Of a stretch of 64,000 bases of DNA, positions 12,815 to 24,922 are shown one piece after another. The notes under the pieces were generated by a model. The model searched no databases. It was given only the letters and a program-made list of their open reading frames with translations, and was not told the origin of the DNA. The stretch is from the NCBI GenBank assembly GCA_038087875.1, contig CM075985.1, positions 8,494,001 to 8,558,000 on the forward strand, written 5' to 3'. Both the position numbers and the translations under genes were made by a program. The number at the start of each line of letters is the position of its first letter. Positions within the stretch are counted from its first letter, which is position 1. The stretch is from Malacoraja senta. Taxonomy: Eukaryota.

Positions 12815-13551
12815 TTTTAGGATAGAAAGAGGATAAATGTCTAAAATGTTCTGATTTTAAATTGTCTGACAATAATCTTAGTGTCTGTAATAAGGTAAAA
12901 TATCTAGGGCATTTTATTACAGATCATATGACAGATGATGAGGATATTTATAGGCAACAACGCATGCTGTATGTACAGGCGAATATTCTCTTGCGTAAGT
13001 TTGGTGCCTGTGCAGATGTGGTGAAGATGTGGCTATTTAGAGCATACTGCACACCACTCTACACTGCGCACCTGTGGTCGAACTATGGAAAGACAAGTTT
13101 GCAGAGACTAAAGGTGTCATATAATGATGCCATGAGAACACTGCTAAGGAAACCTAGATGGTGTAGTGCTAGTAACATGTTTATGGCTGCAGGAGTCGGT
13201 ACTTTAGATGCTATCCTAAGAAATCATATGTATAAATTCATTTGCAGGATAAATGACTCTAAAAATGTAATTATTGTGGCCTTGTCAAACAAGGTTTAGC
13301 ACTACACGCTACGAATCCCAGTTGTGGAGACACTGTTATCATTGTCTCGTTATAGGACATTGATCATTCTTTTATTCTGGATTTTAATTCATGTATTGTG
13401 TTTTTTTAAATATATAATTTATGATGCTTTTATAAGTGATATACTAAGATTTTTTATGTAGTTTATGATGTTTTTAATATGCAATGCATTTTTATGTAAC
13501 GTTGCCCCTTGTCTGGACCTTGAGTCCGAAATAAAGTTTATTATATTATTA
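12815..13551 (+). mobile_element. Non-CR1 LINE 3' fragment (Proto2/RTE-group-like) with (TTA)n tail
   Basis: ORF 12862-13299 VKYLGHFITD..DDEDIYRQQRMLYVQANILLRKF..LFRAYCTPLY..LW; AATAAA plus TTA tail. Clade assignment is from memory and tentative. Confidence 0.65.
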
Positions 13552-14062
13552 GTCACATGGATATGCAGGGAATGGAAGGATATGGACCATGTGCAGGAAG
13601 TTAAGAGTTTGTCTTGTCATGATGTTCAGCACAGACATTATTGGTTGTAGTGTAGTTGCTGTGCTTTTGTATGCTTCAGGTTGCCTGGAAGTGCATCAAA
13701 TATAAGGAATAGACACTCAATCTTTTATTTTTGTGATAAAACAAACTGCTGGAAATTATCAGTAGGTCTGTTAACTTATTTGTAAAGTGCAAAAGTTTAT
13801 ATTATGGGCTCCTTCATTTAAACTAGGAACAACTATTTCTCCTTGCGGATATACTTCGTGCCCCACTGAGCATTTCCAGCTGTTTTTATTTCAGCTTTCT
13901 CACATTTATGGTTTTTGATTTTGTTTGTGTGCCTTTTAAAATAGAAGGTATTACTCAACCTCAAGTGTTGGGGCAGATGATTGTAACCATATTGCAAGAA
14001 TCTAAAGCTGGGAAGAAAGATGAGCGAGAAGAGTTTGGCAAAAGAATAAATCAGGGAAGGTA

Positions 14063-16071
14063 GTGCATCCGTGGATAACAAGGGAAATCAGGGATGGTAT
14101 CAAAGCGAAGGATGATGCGTACAAATTAGCCAGAAAAAGCAGCATACCGGAGGACTGGGAGAAATTCAGAGACCAGCAGAGGAGGACAAAGGGCTTAATT
14201 AGGAAAGGAAAAATAGATTATGAAAGAAAACTGGCAGGGAACATAAAAACTGACTGCAAAAGTTTTTATAGATATGTGAAAAGAAAGAGATTAGTTAAAA
14301 CAAATGTAGGTCCCTTGCAGTCAGAAACAGGTGAGTTGATCTTGGGGAACAAGGATATGGCGGACATAAATAATCTGCCGGAAATAGCTGGGGACCGCGG
14401 GTCAAAGGAGTTGGAGGAATTGAGTGAAATCCAGGTTAGTCGGGAAGTGGTGTTGGGTAAATTGAATGGATTAAAGGCCGATAAATCCCCAGGGCCAGTT
14501 AGGCTGCATCCCAGAGTACTTAAGGAAGTAGCTCCAGAAATAGTGGATGCAATAGTAATAATCTTTCAAAACTCTTTAGATTCTGGAGTAGTTCCTGAGG
14601 ATTGGCGGGTAGCAAACGTAACCCCACTTTTCAAGAAGGGAGGGAGAGAGAAAAACGGGGAATTACAGACCAGTTAGTCTAACATCGGTAGTGGGGAAAC
14701 TGCTAGAGTCAGTTATTAAAGATGGGATAGCAGCACATTTGGAAAGTGGTGAAATCATTGGACAAAGTCAGCATGGATTTACGAAAGGTAAATCATGTCT
14801 GACGAATCTTATAGAATTTTTCGAGGATGTAACTAGTAGCGTGGATAGGGGAGAACCAGTGGATGTGGTGTATCTGGACTTCCAGAAGGCTTTCGACAAG
14901 GTCCCACATAAGAGATTAGTATACAAACTTAAAGCACATGGCATTGGGGGTTCAGTATTGATGTGGATAGAGAACTGGCTGGCAAACAGGAAGCAAAGAG
15001 TAGGAGTAAACGGGTCCTTTTCACAATGGCAGGCAGTGACTAGTGGGGTACCGCAAGGCTCAGTGCTGGGACCCCAGCTATTTACAATATATATTAATGA
15101 CCTCGATGAGGGAATTGAAGGCAATATCTCCAAGTTTGCGGATGACACTAAGCTGGGGGGCAGTGTTAGCTGTGAGGAGGATGCTAGGAGACTGCAAGGT
15201 GACTTGGATAGGCTGGGTGAGTGGGCAAATGTTTGGCAGATGCAGTATAATGTGGATAAATGTGAGGTTATCCATTTTGGTGGCAAAAACAGGAAAGCAG
15301 ACTATTATCTAAATGGTCGCCGACGAGGAAAAGGGGAGATGCAGCGAGACCTGGGTGTCATGGTACACCAGTCATTGAAAGTAGGCATGCAGGTGCAGCA
15401 GGCAGTGAAGAAAGCGAATGGTATGTTAGCTTTCATAGCAAAAGGATTTGAGTATAGGAGCAGGGAGGTTCTACTGCAGTTGTACAGGGTCTTGGTGAGA
15501 CCACACCTGGAGTATTGCATACAGTTTTGGTCTCCAAATCTGAGGAAGGACATTATTGCCATAGAGGGAGTGCAGAGAAGGTTCACCAGACTGATTCCTG
15601 GGATGTCAGGACTGTCTTATGAAGGAAGACTGGATAGACTTGGTTTATACTCTCTAGAATTTAGGAGATTGAGAGGGGATCTTATAGAAACTTACAAAAT
15701 TCTTAAGGGGTTGGACAGGCTAGATGCAGGAAGATTGCTCCCGATGTTGGGGAAGTCCAGGACAAAGGGTCACAGCTTAAGGATAAGGGGGAAATCCTTT
15801 AAAACCGAGATGAGAAGAACTTTTTTCACACAGAGAGTGGTGAATCTGTGGAACTCTCTGCCACAGAGGGTAGTCGAGGCCAGTTCATTGGCTATATTTA
15901 AGAGGGAGTTAGATGTGGCCCTTGTGGCTAAAGGGATCAGAGGGTATGGAGAGAAGGCAGGTACGGGATACTGAGTTGGATGATCAGCCATGATCATATT
16001 GAATGGCGGTGCAGGCTCGAAGGGCCGAATGGCCTACTCCTGCACCTAATTTCTATTTTTCTATGTTTCTA
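14063..16071 (+). mobile_element. Young CR1 LINE, 5'-truncated, with nearly intact RT domain
   Basis: ORFs 14063-14677 and 14691-15974 ([26 protein letters not shown]); one frameshift in an A-run near 14655; internal deletion near 14364. Confidence 0.98.
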
Positions 16072-16329
16072 AGATATTGCATTGCAAATTGAATTTCCAT
16101 GGATCGATTGGTGGATAGGGATTTATTTTTTATTTATTTATATAATATCTTAACATGCTAAAGTGTTGCATGCAGCTTAATTGTTACCTCTATTGTATTT
16201 CAGCATATGATTTCTTATTAAATCAAAAGCAAAATACCTTGATTTTTTTCTTATGTACATATGTGAAGTTTAATAAAGGCAAAAGAGTGGGTTTCTGCTT
16301 GCCCAATTAAGACAGCCTTGTACAGTCCC

Positions 16330-16398
16330 TCTTGTACAGAAGGTGCAGTTGTAAGCAAAACATCATAAATTCCATCCATTGCACTGCTGATGGTCTCA
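16330..16398 (-). pseudogene. Small remnant of another sulfotransferase-like unit (unit 2)
   Basis: aattccatccattgcactgctgatg parallels tattccatccattcagaagctcagctgatg at about 19183-19212 (NGWN motif); truncated by the adjacent Tc1. Confidence 0.3.
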
Positions 16399-16399
16399 C

Positions 16400-18166
16400 G
16401 TTGCCCTCCATAATGTTTGGGACAAAGGCCCGTTATTTATTTATTTGCCTCTCTACTCCACAATTTGAGATTTGTAATAGAAAAAAATCACATGTGGTTA
16501 AAAGTGCACATTGTCAGATTTTATTAAAGGGCATATTTATACATTTAAGTTGCTACGGTTTAAGTTCCTACGGGTTTCTTCTGATCACTCTTTCACGCAC
16601 TCACTATCTTATCTAACTCGTTCTATTTTTCTTCTTTTTAAAGTTTAAAATAAGAAGTGGTACAGGAAATGTACTATGTTATTTTTGGCTGATATCACTG
16701 CAATGTACACTACTAATAAATAAAATATTTAAAAAAAAAAAACATTTTGGTTTCATCATGTATAAATTACAGCTGTGTTTATACATAGTCCCCCCATTTC
16801 AGGGCACCATAATGTTTGGGACACTTGGCTTCACAGGTGTTTGTAATTGCTCAGGTGTGTTTAATTGCGTACTTAATGCAGGTATAAGAGAGCTCTCAGC
16901 AACTAGTCTTTCCTCCACTTTCCATCACCTTTGGAAATGTTATTGCTGTTTATCAACATGAGGTCCAAAGTTGTGCCAATGAAAGTCAAAGAAGCCATTA
17001 TGAGACTGAGAAACAAGAATAAAACTGCTAGAGACATTAGCCTAACCTTAGGCTTACCAAAATCAACTGTTTGGAACAGCATTAAGAAGAAAGAGCTTAC
17101 TCATCGCAAATGGACTGGCAGGCCAAGGAAGACCTCCACAGCTGATGACAGATGAATTCTCTCTATAATAAAGAAAAATCCCCAAACACCTGTCCAACAG
17201 ATCAGAAACAATCTTCAGGAGTCAGGTGTGGATTTGTCAATGACCACTGTCCGCAGAAGACGTCATGAACAGAAATACAGAGATGACACTGCTAGATGCA
17301 AACCACTAATTAGCCGCAAAAATAGGATGGCCAGGTTACAGTTTGCCAAGAAGTACTTGCCAAGAGAGAAGGAACTGCCCAGGATCCAAAGCGTACCACC
17401 TCATCTGTGAAACACGGTAGTGGGGGTGTTATGGCCTGGGCATGTATTGCTGCTGAAGGTACTGGCTCACTTATCTTCATTGATAATACAACTGCAGGTG
17501 ATAGTAGCATATTTAATTCTGAAGTGTATAGACACATATTATCTGCTCAAGTTCAAACAAATGCCTCAAAACTCATTGGCCGGCGGTTCATTCTAGAGCA
17601 AGACAATGATCCCATACGTACTGCTAGAGCAACAAAGGAGTTTTTCACAGCTAGAAAATGGTCAATTCTTGAGTGGCCAAGTCAATCACCTGATCTGAAC
17701 CCAATTGAGTATACCTTTTATATGCTGAAGAGAAAACTGAAGGGGACTAGTCCCCAAAACAAGCATAAGCTAAAGATGTCTGCAATACAGGCCTGGCAGA
17801 GCATCACCAGAGAAGCCACCCAGCAACTGGTGATGTCCATGCATCGCTGACTCCAAGCAGTCATTGCATTGAAAGGATATGCAACAGAATACTAAACATG
17901 ACTATTTTCATTTACATGACATTGCTGTGTCCCAAACATTATGGTGCCCTGAAAATGGGGGGGGGGGGGGGCTGGGTATGTATAAACACTGCTGTAATTT
18001 CTACATGGAGAAACCAAAATGTATAAATAATGGCCTTTAATACAATCTGACAATGTGCACTTTAACCACATGTGATTTTTTTTTCTATTACAAATCTCAA
18101 ATCGTGGAGTACAGAGACAAATAAATAAATGATGGGTCTTTGTCCCAAACATTATGCAGGACACTG
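16400..18166 (+). mobile_element. Tc1 DNA transposon, defective, same family as 5040-6617
   Basis: Same TIRs, ends CACTG|TA; ORFs 16931-17850 carry HTH, GRPRK, QDNDP and WPSQSPDLNPIE motifs. Confidence 0.95.
16547..16741 (+). mobile_element. Poly(A)-tailed retroposed 3' fragment (L1/Tx1-like) inside the Tc1 TIR
   Basis: AATAAA plus A-tail; ACATTT duplicated at 16541-16546 and 16742-16747. Confidence 0.7.
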
Positions 18167-18276
18167 TATTTTCTTAAATTGATGCTATAAATTTGTCAAA
18201 TCTCTCTAGACAATACGTAACAATTATGGGAAGGTTTCGTTTGACTGAATCTTGGAGATTTGTCATGAAGCCATAC

Positions 18277-18723
18277 CTGCTGCTGATGTTAATTTGGGAA
18301 TTTATATTCTAATAGGTATTGTTTAAGTGCTCTGGCTTGACGCATCACAAACTTTGCCGATCAACGCTTCAGAACACGGTTTAATTTTGTCAATTTTCTT
18401 CAGGATTTTTGAATATTCCTCAATCTGTGTTTAACTTCTGCTTGGGCAAATACCAAAAAGTGGAGACCATTATTCGTTCTCTCTTGAGGAAAAGTTCATT
18501 GTCACTGCCCTGACCACTGTCCGCAGAAGAGGTAGATTGGTGTCGCAGTGATAACCAGGATTTCTGCTCATTGTTCGCATTAGCCTAGCAAACTTGCCCC
18601 TCCAAGATTTTTGAAATGACTCAATGATTTTTTCCTCAGACGGCATGACAACTCCCATCCAAAATGAGTTATTAAGAGTACACAGTGGCTGGATTGCCCT
18701 TCAGTTCACCAGAATTCACATCT
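18277..18723 (-). pseudogene. Gal-3-O-sulfotransferase-like pseudogene, unit 1, C-terminal exon
   Basis: Acceptor gtttctttag|AGA at 18723, donor CAG|gtatgg at 18277 (447 nt). Across frames: FW*TEGQSSHCVLLITHFGWEL, DNELF..STFW, QIEEYSKILKKIDKIKPC, in the order of GAL3ST motifs LVLLQEYFDESLVLL...CWEL, DSHLY..NASFW, REVAALR...IC. Confidence 0.6.
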
Positions 18724-18929
18724 CTAAAGAAACCGTTAATTACACGAGGACTGGCTTGAGAAATGACCAGGAGATCCAGTAGCTATCTAACCACAAACTC
18801 ATGGCATTCTTGGGTTTTAAGCTTCATCTCCCCTCAGGAAGCCAGGGCAGAAAGGTGAACGGGAGAGATGGTGAGTCAGCTATGGTTCTACTGAGCGCTG
18901 GAGGTGACCTATAGGACTGAATAGCTCAC

Positions 18930-21040
18930 ACTTTTCCCAGTTTGAATTTTATGGTGCAGATGAAAAACAAGGCATCTGATATGTGTTCAAAAGTTCCGCA
19001 ATAAGGTGGAGAGTTGCTTCTGACACATTTGTAGACATTGGAAATAAAGGACCTCAGTGGATCCTGTAATCATGTGATAACGACAAAGGCATCTTCCTGC
19101 GGGGAATGAAATCCCAAGAGTTTGCCTCATCTGCCTCCTTGCAATCCTTGCAGTTGCTGAAGTTTCCCCAAATTGCAGTATATATTCCATCCATTCAGAA
19201 GCTCAGCTGATGTTTTTTTTCCTTGCCTGACATCGCCAAGAAAAATGCAGGAGGCAGCATATTTGAGGTTTTCTTGACCAAACACAAACCTTCACCGCGT
19301 CGACCTAATGGTGCTGTGGAGAATCTTTCTCAACTTTGTTGGCACTCAAAAGTTTGTATTCCATTTGTGCCGCACAATAGACAATAGACATTAGTTGCAG
19401 GAGTAGGCCATTCGGCCCTTCGATCCAGCACCGCCATTCAATGTGATCATGGCTGATCATCCCCAATCAGTACCCCGTTCCTGCCTTCTCCCCATACCCC
19501 CTGACTCTGCTATTTTTAAGAGCCCTATCTAGCTCTCTCTTGAAAGCATCCAGAGAACCCGCCTCCACTGCCCTCTGAGGCAGAGAATTTCACAGACTCA
19601 CCACTCTCTGTGAGAAAAAGTGTTTCCTTGTCTCCGTTCTAAATGGCTTACTCCTTATTCTTAAACTGTGGCCCCTGGTTCTGGACTCCCCCAATATCGA
19701 GAACATGTTTCCTGCCTCTAGCGTGTCCAAACCCTTAACAATCATATGTTTCAATGAGATCCCCTCTCATCCTTCTAAACTCCAGAGGGTACAAGCCCAG
19801 CTGCTCCATTCTCTCAGCATATGACAGTCCCGCCATCCCAGGAATTAACCTTATAAACCTTCGCTGAACTCCCTCAAATTAGGGGACCAAAACTGCACAC
19901 AATACTCCAGGTGTGGTCTCATTAGGGCTCTATACAACTGCAGAAGGACCTCTTTGCTCCTATATTCGATTCCTCTTGTTATAAAGGCCAACATGCGATT
20001 CGCTTTCTTCACTGCCTGCTGTACCTGCATGCTTACTTTCATAGACTAATGTACAAGGACCCCCAGATCCCGCTGTACTTCCCCTTTTCCCAACTTAACG
20101 CCATTTTGATAGTAATCGGCCTTCCTGTTTTTGCTACCAAAGTGGATAACCTCACATTTATCCGCATTAAACTTCATCTGCCATGCATCTGCCCACTCCC
20201 CCAACCTGTCCAAGTCACCCTGCATTCTCATAGCATCCTCCTCACAGTTCACACTGCCACCCAGCTTTGTGTCATCTGCAAATTTGCTAATGTTACTTTG
20301 AATCCCTTCATCCAAATCATTGGTGTATATTGTAAATAGCTGCGGTCCCAGCACCGAGCCTTGCGGTACCCCACTAGTCACTGCCTGCCATTCTGAAAGG
20401 GACCCGTTAATCCCTACTCTTTGTTTCCTGTCTGCCAACCACTTCTCTATCCACGTCAGCACTCTACCCCCAATACCATGTGCCCTAATTTTGCCCACTA
20501 ATCTCCTATGTGTGACCTTATCAAATGCTTTCTGAAAGTCCAGGTACACTACATCCACTGGCTCTCCCTTGTCCATTTTCCTAGTTACATCTTCAAAACA
20601 TTCCAGAAGATTAGTCAAGCATGATTTCCCCTTCGTAAATCGATGCTGACTCGGACCGATCCTGTTACTGCTATCCAAATGTTCGGCTATCTCATCTTTT
20701 ATAATTGACTCTAGCATCTTCCCCACCACCGATGTGCACTGAATGCACTGAATGTGCAATTGCACTGAAGTCATAAATCTGATCAAACATGTCCACCACA
20801 GACGCAACCCCGTCGTAGACTTCGGTTAACTCGGACTACAACATTTTGTCAACCCTCTTTTGCTGGCCATAATGCATTAGATTACAATTATGTATTGATA
20901 GACATTTTTTGAGCTACTGAGAAATCTGCACTAACTTCAATCCGTCAAGATATCAACATAATTTGCAAACTTACTATTTGGCATCAATACAAATCTGTTT
21001 TGAATCTTTTCATAAGGAACTCAGGATAGGTGTCGACTGT
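18930..21040 (-). pseudogene. Gal-3-O-sulfotransferase-like pseudogene, unit 1, N-terminal catalytic region; split by a CR1
   Basis: One frame over about 19372-18935 with four stops, all TGA: KLRKILHSTI..RFVFGQENLKYA..GWNIYCN..DAFVVIT*LQDPLRSFISNVY, matching GAL3ST KTHKTASST..FRFG..LKFA..FNIICN..AIFITVLRDP..FES. Possible stem region at 20735-20880. Confidence 0.65.
19374..20735 (-). mobile_element. CR1 LINE, (TGTCTAT)n-tail subfamily, 5'-truncated
   Basis: RT motifs in ORFs 20046-20807 and 19851-20042; tail at 19374. Confidence 0.97.
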
Positions 21041-21046
21041 TTAATC

Positions 21047-21494
21047 CAGGGGTCGACAACCTTGTTCTGCATAGGGGCCAGGACGCATGTCTGTGAGCGG
21101 ATGGCAGGCCACATCTATCACGTGTACACATGGACCCCGCCCCGGATGGCAGGCATCAAATCAAATGTTCACAGAAGGTAGACAAAAATGCTGGAGAAAC
21201 TCAGCGGGTGATGTAGCCTCATGCAATCCTTGCATGTCTCACCCACTGAGTTTCTCCAGCATTTTTGTCTACCTTCGATTTTTCCAGCATCTGCAGTTCT
21301 TTCTTAAACGTGTTCATAGAAGGTGCGCGGTCGTGCCGGCGGCTTTGCGGAGGATGTGGTAAAGCCAGAGCTCGGCCGCTGCTCGGGGCGCTTGGCGGGC
21401 TGGATGAATACGGGGGGGGGAATCCGCCTGCAGGCCGTATGATTTCAGGTTACGTGCCGCATTCAGCCTGGGGACCGTAGGTTGCTGACCCCTG
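21047..21494. mobile_element. hAT (Charlie-like) MITE
   Basis: TIR CAGGGGTC(G/A)..AACC; 8-bp TSD GTTTAATC/GTTTAGTC. Confidence 0.85.
21180..21310. mobile_element. Penelope pLTR fold-back insertion
   Basis: Inverted arms; TSD TGTTCA(C/T)AGAAGGT at 21166-21179 and 21311-21324. Confidence 0.8.
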
Positions 21495-22133
21495 GTTTAG
21501 TCCCTTGTGCCATTTAATCCAATCTTACTCCATGTACATGTGCCTTAATACTTAAAGAAATCTATTGCTTAGATTTGACATTAAGCAGCATCAATGGCTG
21601 TTTGCAAAATAGAGCTTGTAATCTCAGTGAGTGTGACTGTAAAAACAATTCCATAATTTCACTCCTGAAAGACTTGACATCATTTTTTTATAACTAAGTC
21701 TCTTAGTCCCAGACTCCAGAGCTGCAGAAATAGTTTATTTCCATGTACACTATCAGTTCTTTGTGTCAATTAAGACATTCCATAACAGATAAATTCTAGA
21801 GCTTATTTTCTTGATATTTTAGCCATCGTTTCAACATTAATCTGGAAAGTTTACAATGAACACTCCAAGGGCAATGTCTCTATCAGAGGTTGTGATGCCT
21901 AGAACTGAACACACAACCTGTAATTTGCTTGAATAGCTGCAGTATTACTTGTAGCTTCCCCCGTTTCACCTTCTACCCACTCCACATTATCAACTGCTTC
22001 AGACCTTTAGACCTTAAGGCCAGTGTTGCAGTTGCCTTTTTGATTAGTACATGCCAGGTCTTGGCACTAAGGAAATATCAGAGATAACCATTAAGGATAA
22101 GACCTCATGGATAACAATTTATGGTTGTGCTCT

Positions 22134-22443
22134 TTTAGTTTAGTTTAGACATACAGCGAGGAAATAGGCCCTTCGACCCACCGGGTCCGTGCCGACCAGC
22201 GATCCCCGCATATTAACACTATCCTACACCCATTAGGGACAATTTTTACATTTACCAAGCCAATTAACCTACAAACCTGTACATCTTTGGAGTGCGGGAG
22301 GAAACCGAAGATCTCGGAGAAAACCCACGCAGGTCACGGGGAAAACGTACAAACTCCATACAGACAGCACCCGTAGTAGGGATCAAACCCGGGTCTCCGG
22401 CGCTGCATTCGCTGTAAGGCAGCAACCCTACTGCTGCGTCACC
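22134..22443 (-). mobile_element. Young tRNA-derived SINE with (TAAAC)n tail
   Basis: Full-length, with A/B boxes and a CR1-like 3' end. Confidence 0.9.
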
Positions 22444-22735
22444 ATTTTATACCAGAGAAATAAAACATTAAAATATTTTTCTGGCATCATGGTTTTTTTT
22501 TTAAAGAAAGGATTGGGAATAGGGACATTAGGGGGTTGATAGTACAAAGTCACAGGCAGAGGTAGTGAAATGGCAGCAATATTACACAAAGGTTGGTGGG
22601 TGTATGGAATAAGCTGCCAGATGAGGTAGTTGAGGCTGGGGCTATCCCAACGTTTAAGAAACAGTTTGACAGGTACATAGATAGGACCGGTTTGGAGGGA
22701 CATGGAATAAGCGCAGGCAGGTGGGACTAGTGTAG

Positions 22736-23226
22736 ATTCTTCTTGCGTTTGAGGCAACAGAGGTTATGTAATGCCCTCCAGGTGCTGTAGCCTGGTCTGC
22801 TCCACACATGCAGGCTGCTGATGAACGCAGCCTCCAGCGATGCATGTTGGCGTTGAACCGGCCGACCCCTGTATGGAGCCAGTTCAGGGCGACCCACTCT
22901 TTGCGGGGCAGGTCCGAGCCGGATGGTGCTGTGGTGTTCGGTGTAACAGTGAACTGCGGAGGTCGTGAAGTCTGTTCCCAGCTGGTTCTCCATGCTCCTA
23001 GAGTGTTGAAACCGGAGCCACAGAGGGTCGCTGCGTGACGGGAGAAGGGGCGACGAGATGACAGGCGTTGAGGTCCCAGTTGCTGAGAGTCCTGGACGAG
23101 GTGGTGCAAAGGATGTTTGGCATCCGATGGGGTCTTGCACACCAGCTTGTGAGTGAAGTACTCTCTGAAAAGCTTGGCGGGTGCGATACCTGCGAGCACC
23201 GGCAGAAGATCCATCGGAGTAGGGCG
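22736..23226 (-). mobile_element. Vingi/I-group LINE 3' fragment inside a CR1-type 3' end
   Basis: LPVLAGIAP..LSSRRPF..LPRKEWVALNWLHTGVGR..CMCG; (AAG)n tail; TSD TAGTGTAG at 22728-22735 and 23227-23234. Confidence 0.8.
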
Positions 23227-23567
23227 TAGTGTAGCTGGGCCATGTTGGCTGGTGTGGGCAAGTTGGGCCATAGGGCCTGTTTCCAGACTGTATCACTCTA
23301 TGACTAATATTAAATCATTATTTGATTCAGAATTTACCAGTGGGAAATTTACACATCAAATACATATTACAGTAAATTATAAAATAAAAAATGACCGGAA
23401 CAGCGTTTAAAATAAAAAAAGTTGACATTAAATCAAATTAATAAACTGAGGATAAATGCACAAATTCAAACAAGTGGCATTTGCATTTCGAAGAAGCGAG
23501 AGAGGATGGATGGAATAATTATTTTTTTAAAGTTGTAGTGCATAGGGCAGGTGTACTACTAATACTA

Positions 23568-23619
<52 letters not shown>

Positions 23620-24115
23620 TAGACCAAGTGCAGACCCGTTGGGTCTGGACACCGAACGTGCGTTTGCGGGGCGGTGGGGGGTGGTGCTGTGGCGTCACAC
23701 TAACCACCCACTTTCCTCCAAAGCACGGAATCCGGCACCCACAAACACACACACTCATCACACCCCTTGATATTAATTTAATTTTTAAATTTGCCTCTTT
23801 TATCCCATCTCCACCCTATCCGCTGACGAATAGCCCTCACCTCTCATATGCGTCTAGAGGGGGGGGGGGGCATAGAGTGAAAATTTAATGTTAGAAAAAA
23901 AAATTTGAAGAGGGCGAGAAGGAGGGGGGAGAGGAAGGGGGAGAGGAAGGTGGTGAGAGAAGAGGGGGAGAGAGGAGAGGGGTGGAGAGAGGTGGGAGAG
24001 GATGGGGGAGAGAGGTGAAGGGGGGTGTTGGAGCGGGCGTTCATGAGTTGATCCGCGGGCTGTGAAGAGAGAAGGGCAGAGAGAGAGAGAGAGAGAGGGG
24101 AGAGACAGAGAGACT

Positions 24116-24332
24116 TGTATACGAAAAAAAGCTGGAGAAACACAGCGGGTGCAGCAGCATCTATGGAGCGAATGAAATAGGCAATGCTTTGGGCCAAAGC
24201 CCATCTTCAGACGGGTTTTTTTCTGAAATGTTGCCTATTTCCTTCGATCCATAGATGCTGCTGCACCCGCTGAGGTTATACATTTTTGTTTTGTGTACCT
24301 TCGATTTTCCAGCATCTGCAGTTCCTTCTTAA
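24116..24332. mobile_element. Penelope pLTR fold-back insertion
   Basis: Perfect 13-bp TSD AGACAGAGAGACT at 24103-24115 and 24333-24345. Confidence 0.8.
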
Positions 24333-24424
24333 AGACAGAGAGACTGTTGACGGGCTGTTTTCCCAACGCGCGTTTGCGGGAGGGGGTGGTCTGCGGCATC
24401 ACACTAACCACCCCCCAAACACAC

Positions 24425-24922
24425 TCGGGGGGAGGGGGGGAGAGGAAGACGGGGTGGGGAGAGAAGAGGGGAGAGGGAGACGGGGTGGGGAGAGAAGAGG
24501 AGAGTGGGAGGGGAGACGGGGAGGAGGAAAGGGGAGAGATTGGTGAGGGAGAAGAGAGCAGGGTGGGGGAGAGGGAGGGGGAGCAGAGTGGGGAGTGGGA
24601 GGAGAGCGGGCAGGGCAGGAAGGGGGGAGAGGGGGGGAGTGGATGTTAGAGGTGGAGAGAGGGGATGAGGGGAAGGGGAGAGGAGTAGGGGGAAGAGAGG
24701 GAGAGGGGAGGGAGAGAGGTTGGGGAGGGAGAGGGGAAGAGTGGGGAGTGAGGGGCAGAGGGGTAGCGGGGAGTGGTGCAAGAGAGAGGGGAAGGGGGTG
24801 GGGGGGAGATGGGGGTGAAGAGGGGTGGTGGAGGGGGAAGAGAGGGTGTTGGAGGGGAGGGAGGGGGAGAGGAGAGAGGGGGAAGAGTGGGGAGGGAGAG
24901 TTGAAGTAGGAGGGGTAGGGAC
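24425..24922. repeat. G/A-rich low-complexity tract
   Basis: About 500 bp dominated by GGG/GA runs. Confidence 0.95.

Noticed and set aside
14063-15974. Possibly active or domesticated reverse transcriptase
   Set aside because: 5'-truncated, lacks the endonuclease, has a frameshift and a deletion; an ordinary young CR1 copy.
18500-18560. DSGQGS beta-TrCP degron suggesting an IkB-like gene
   Set aside because: Short motif inside the sulfotransferase-like exon with no supporting context.
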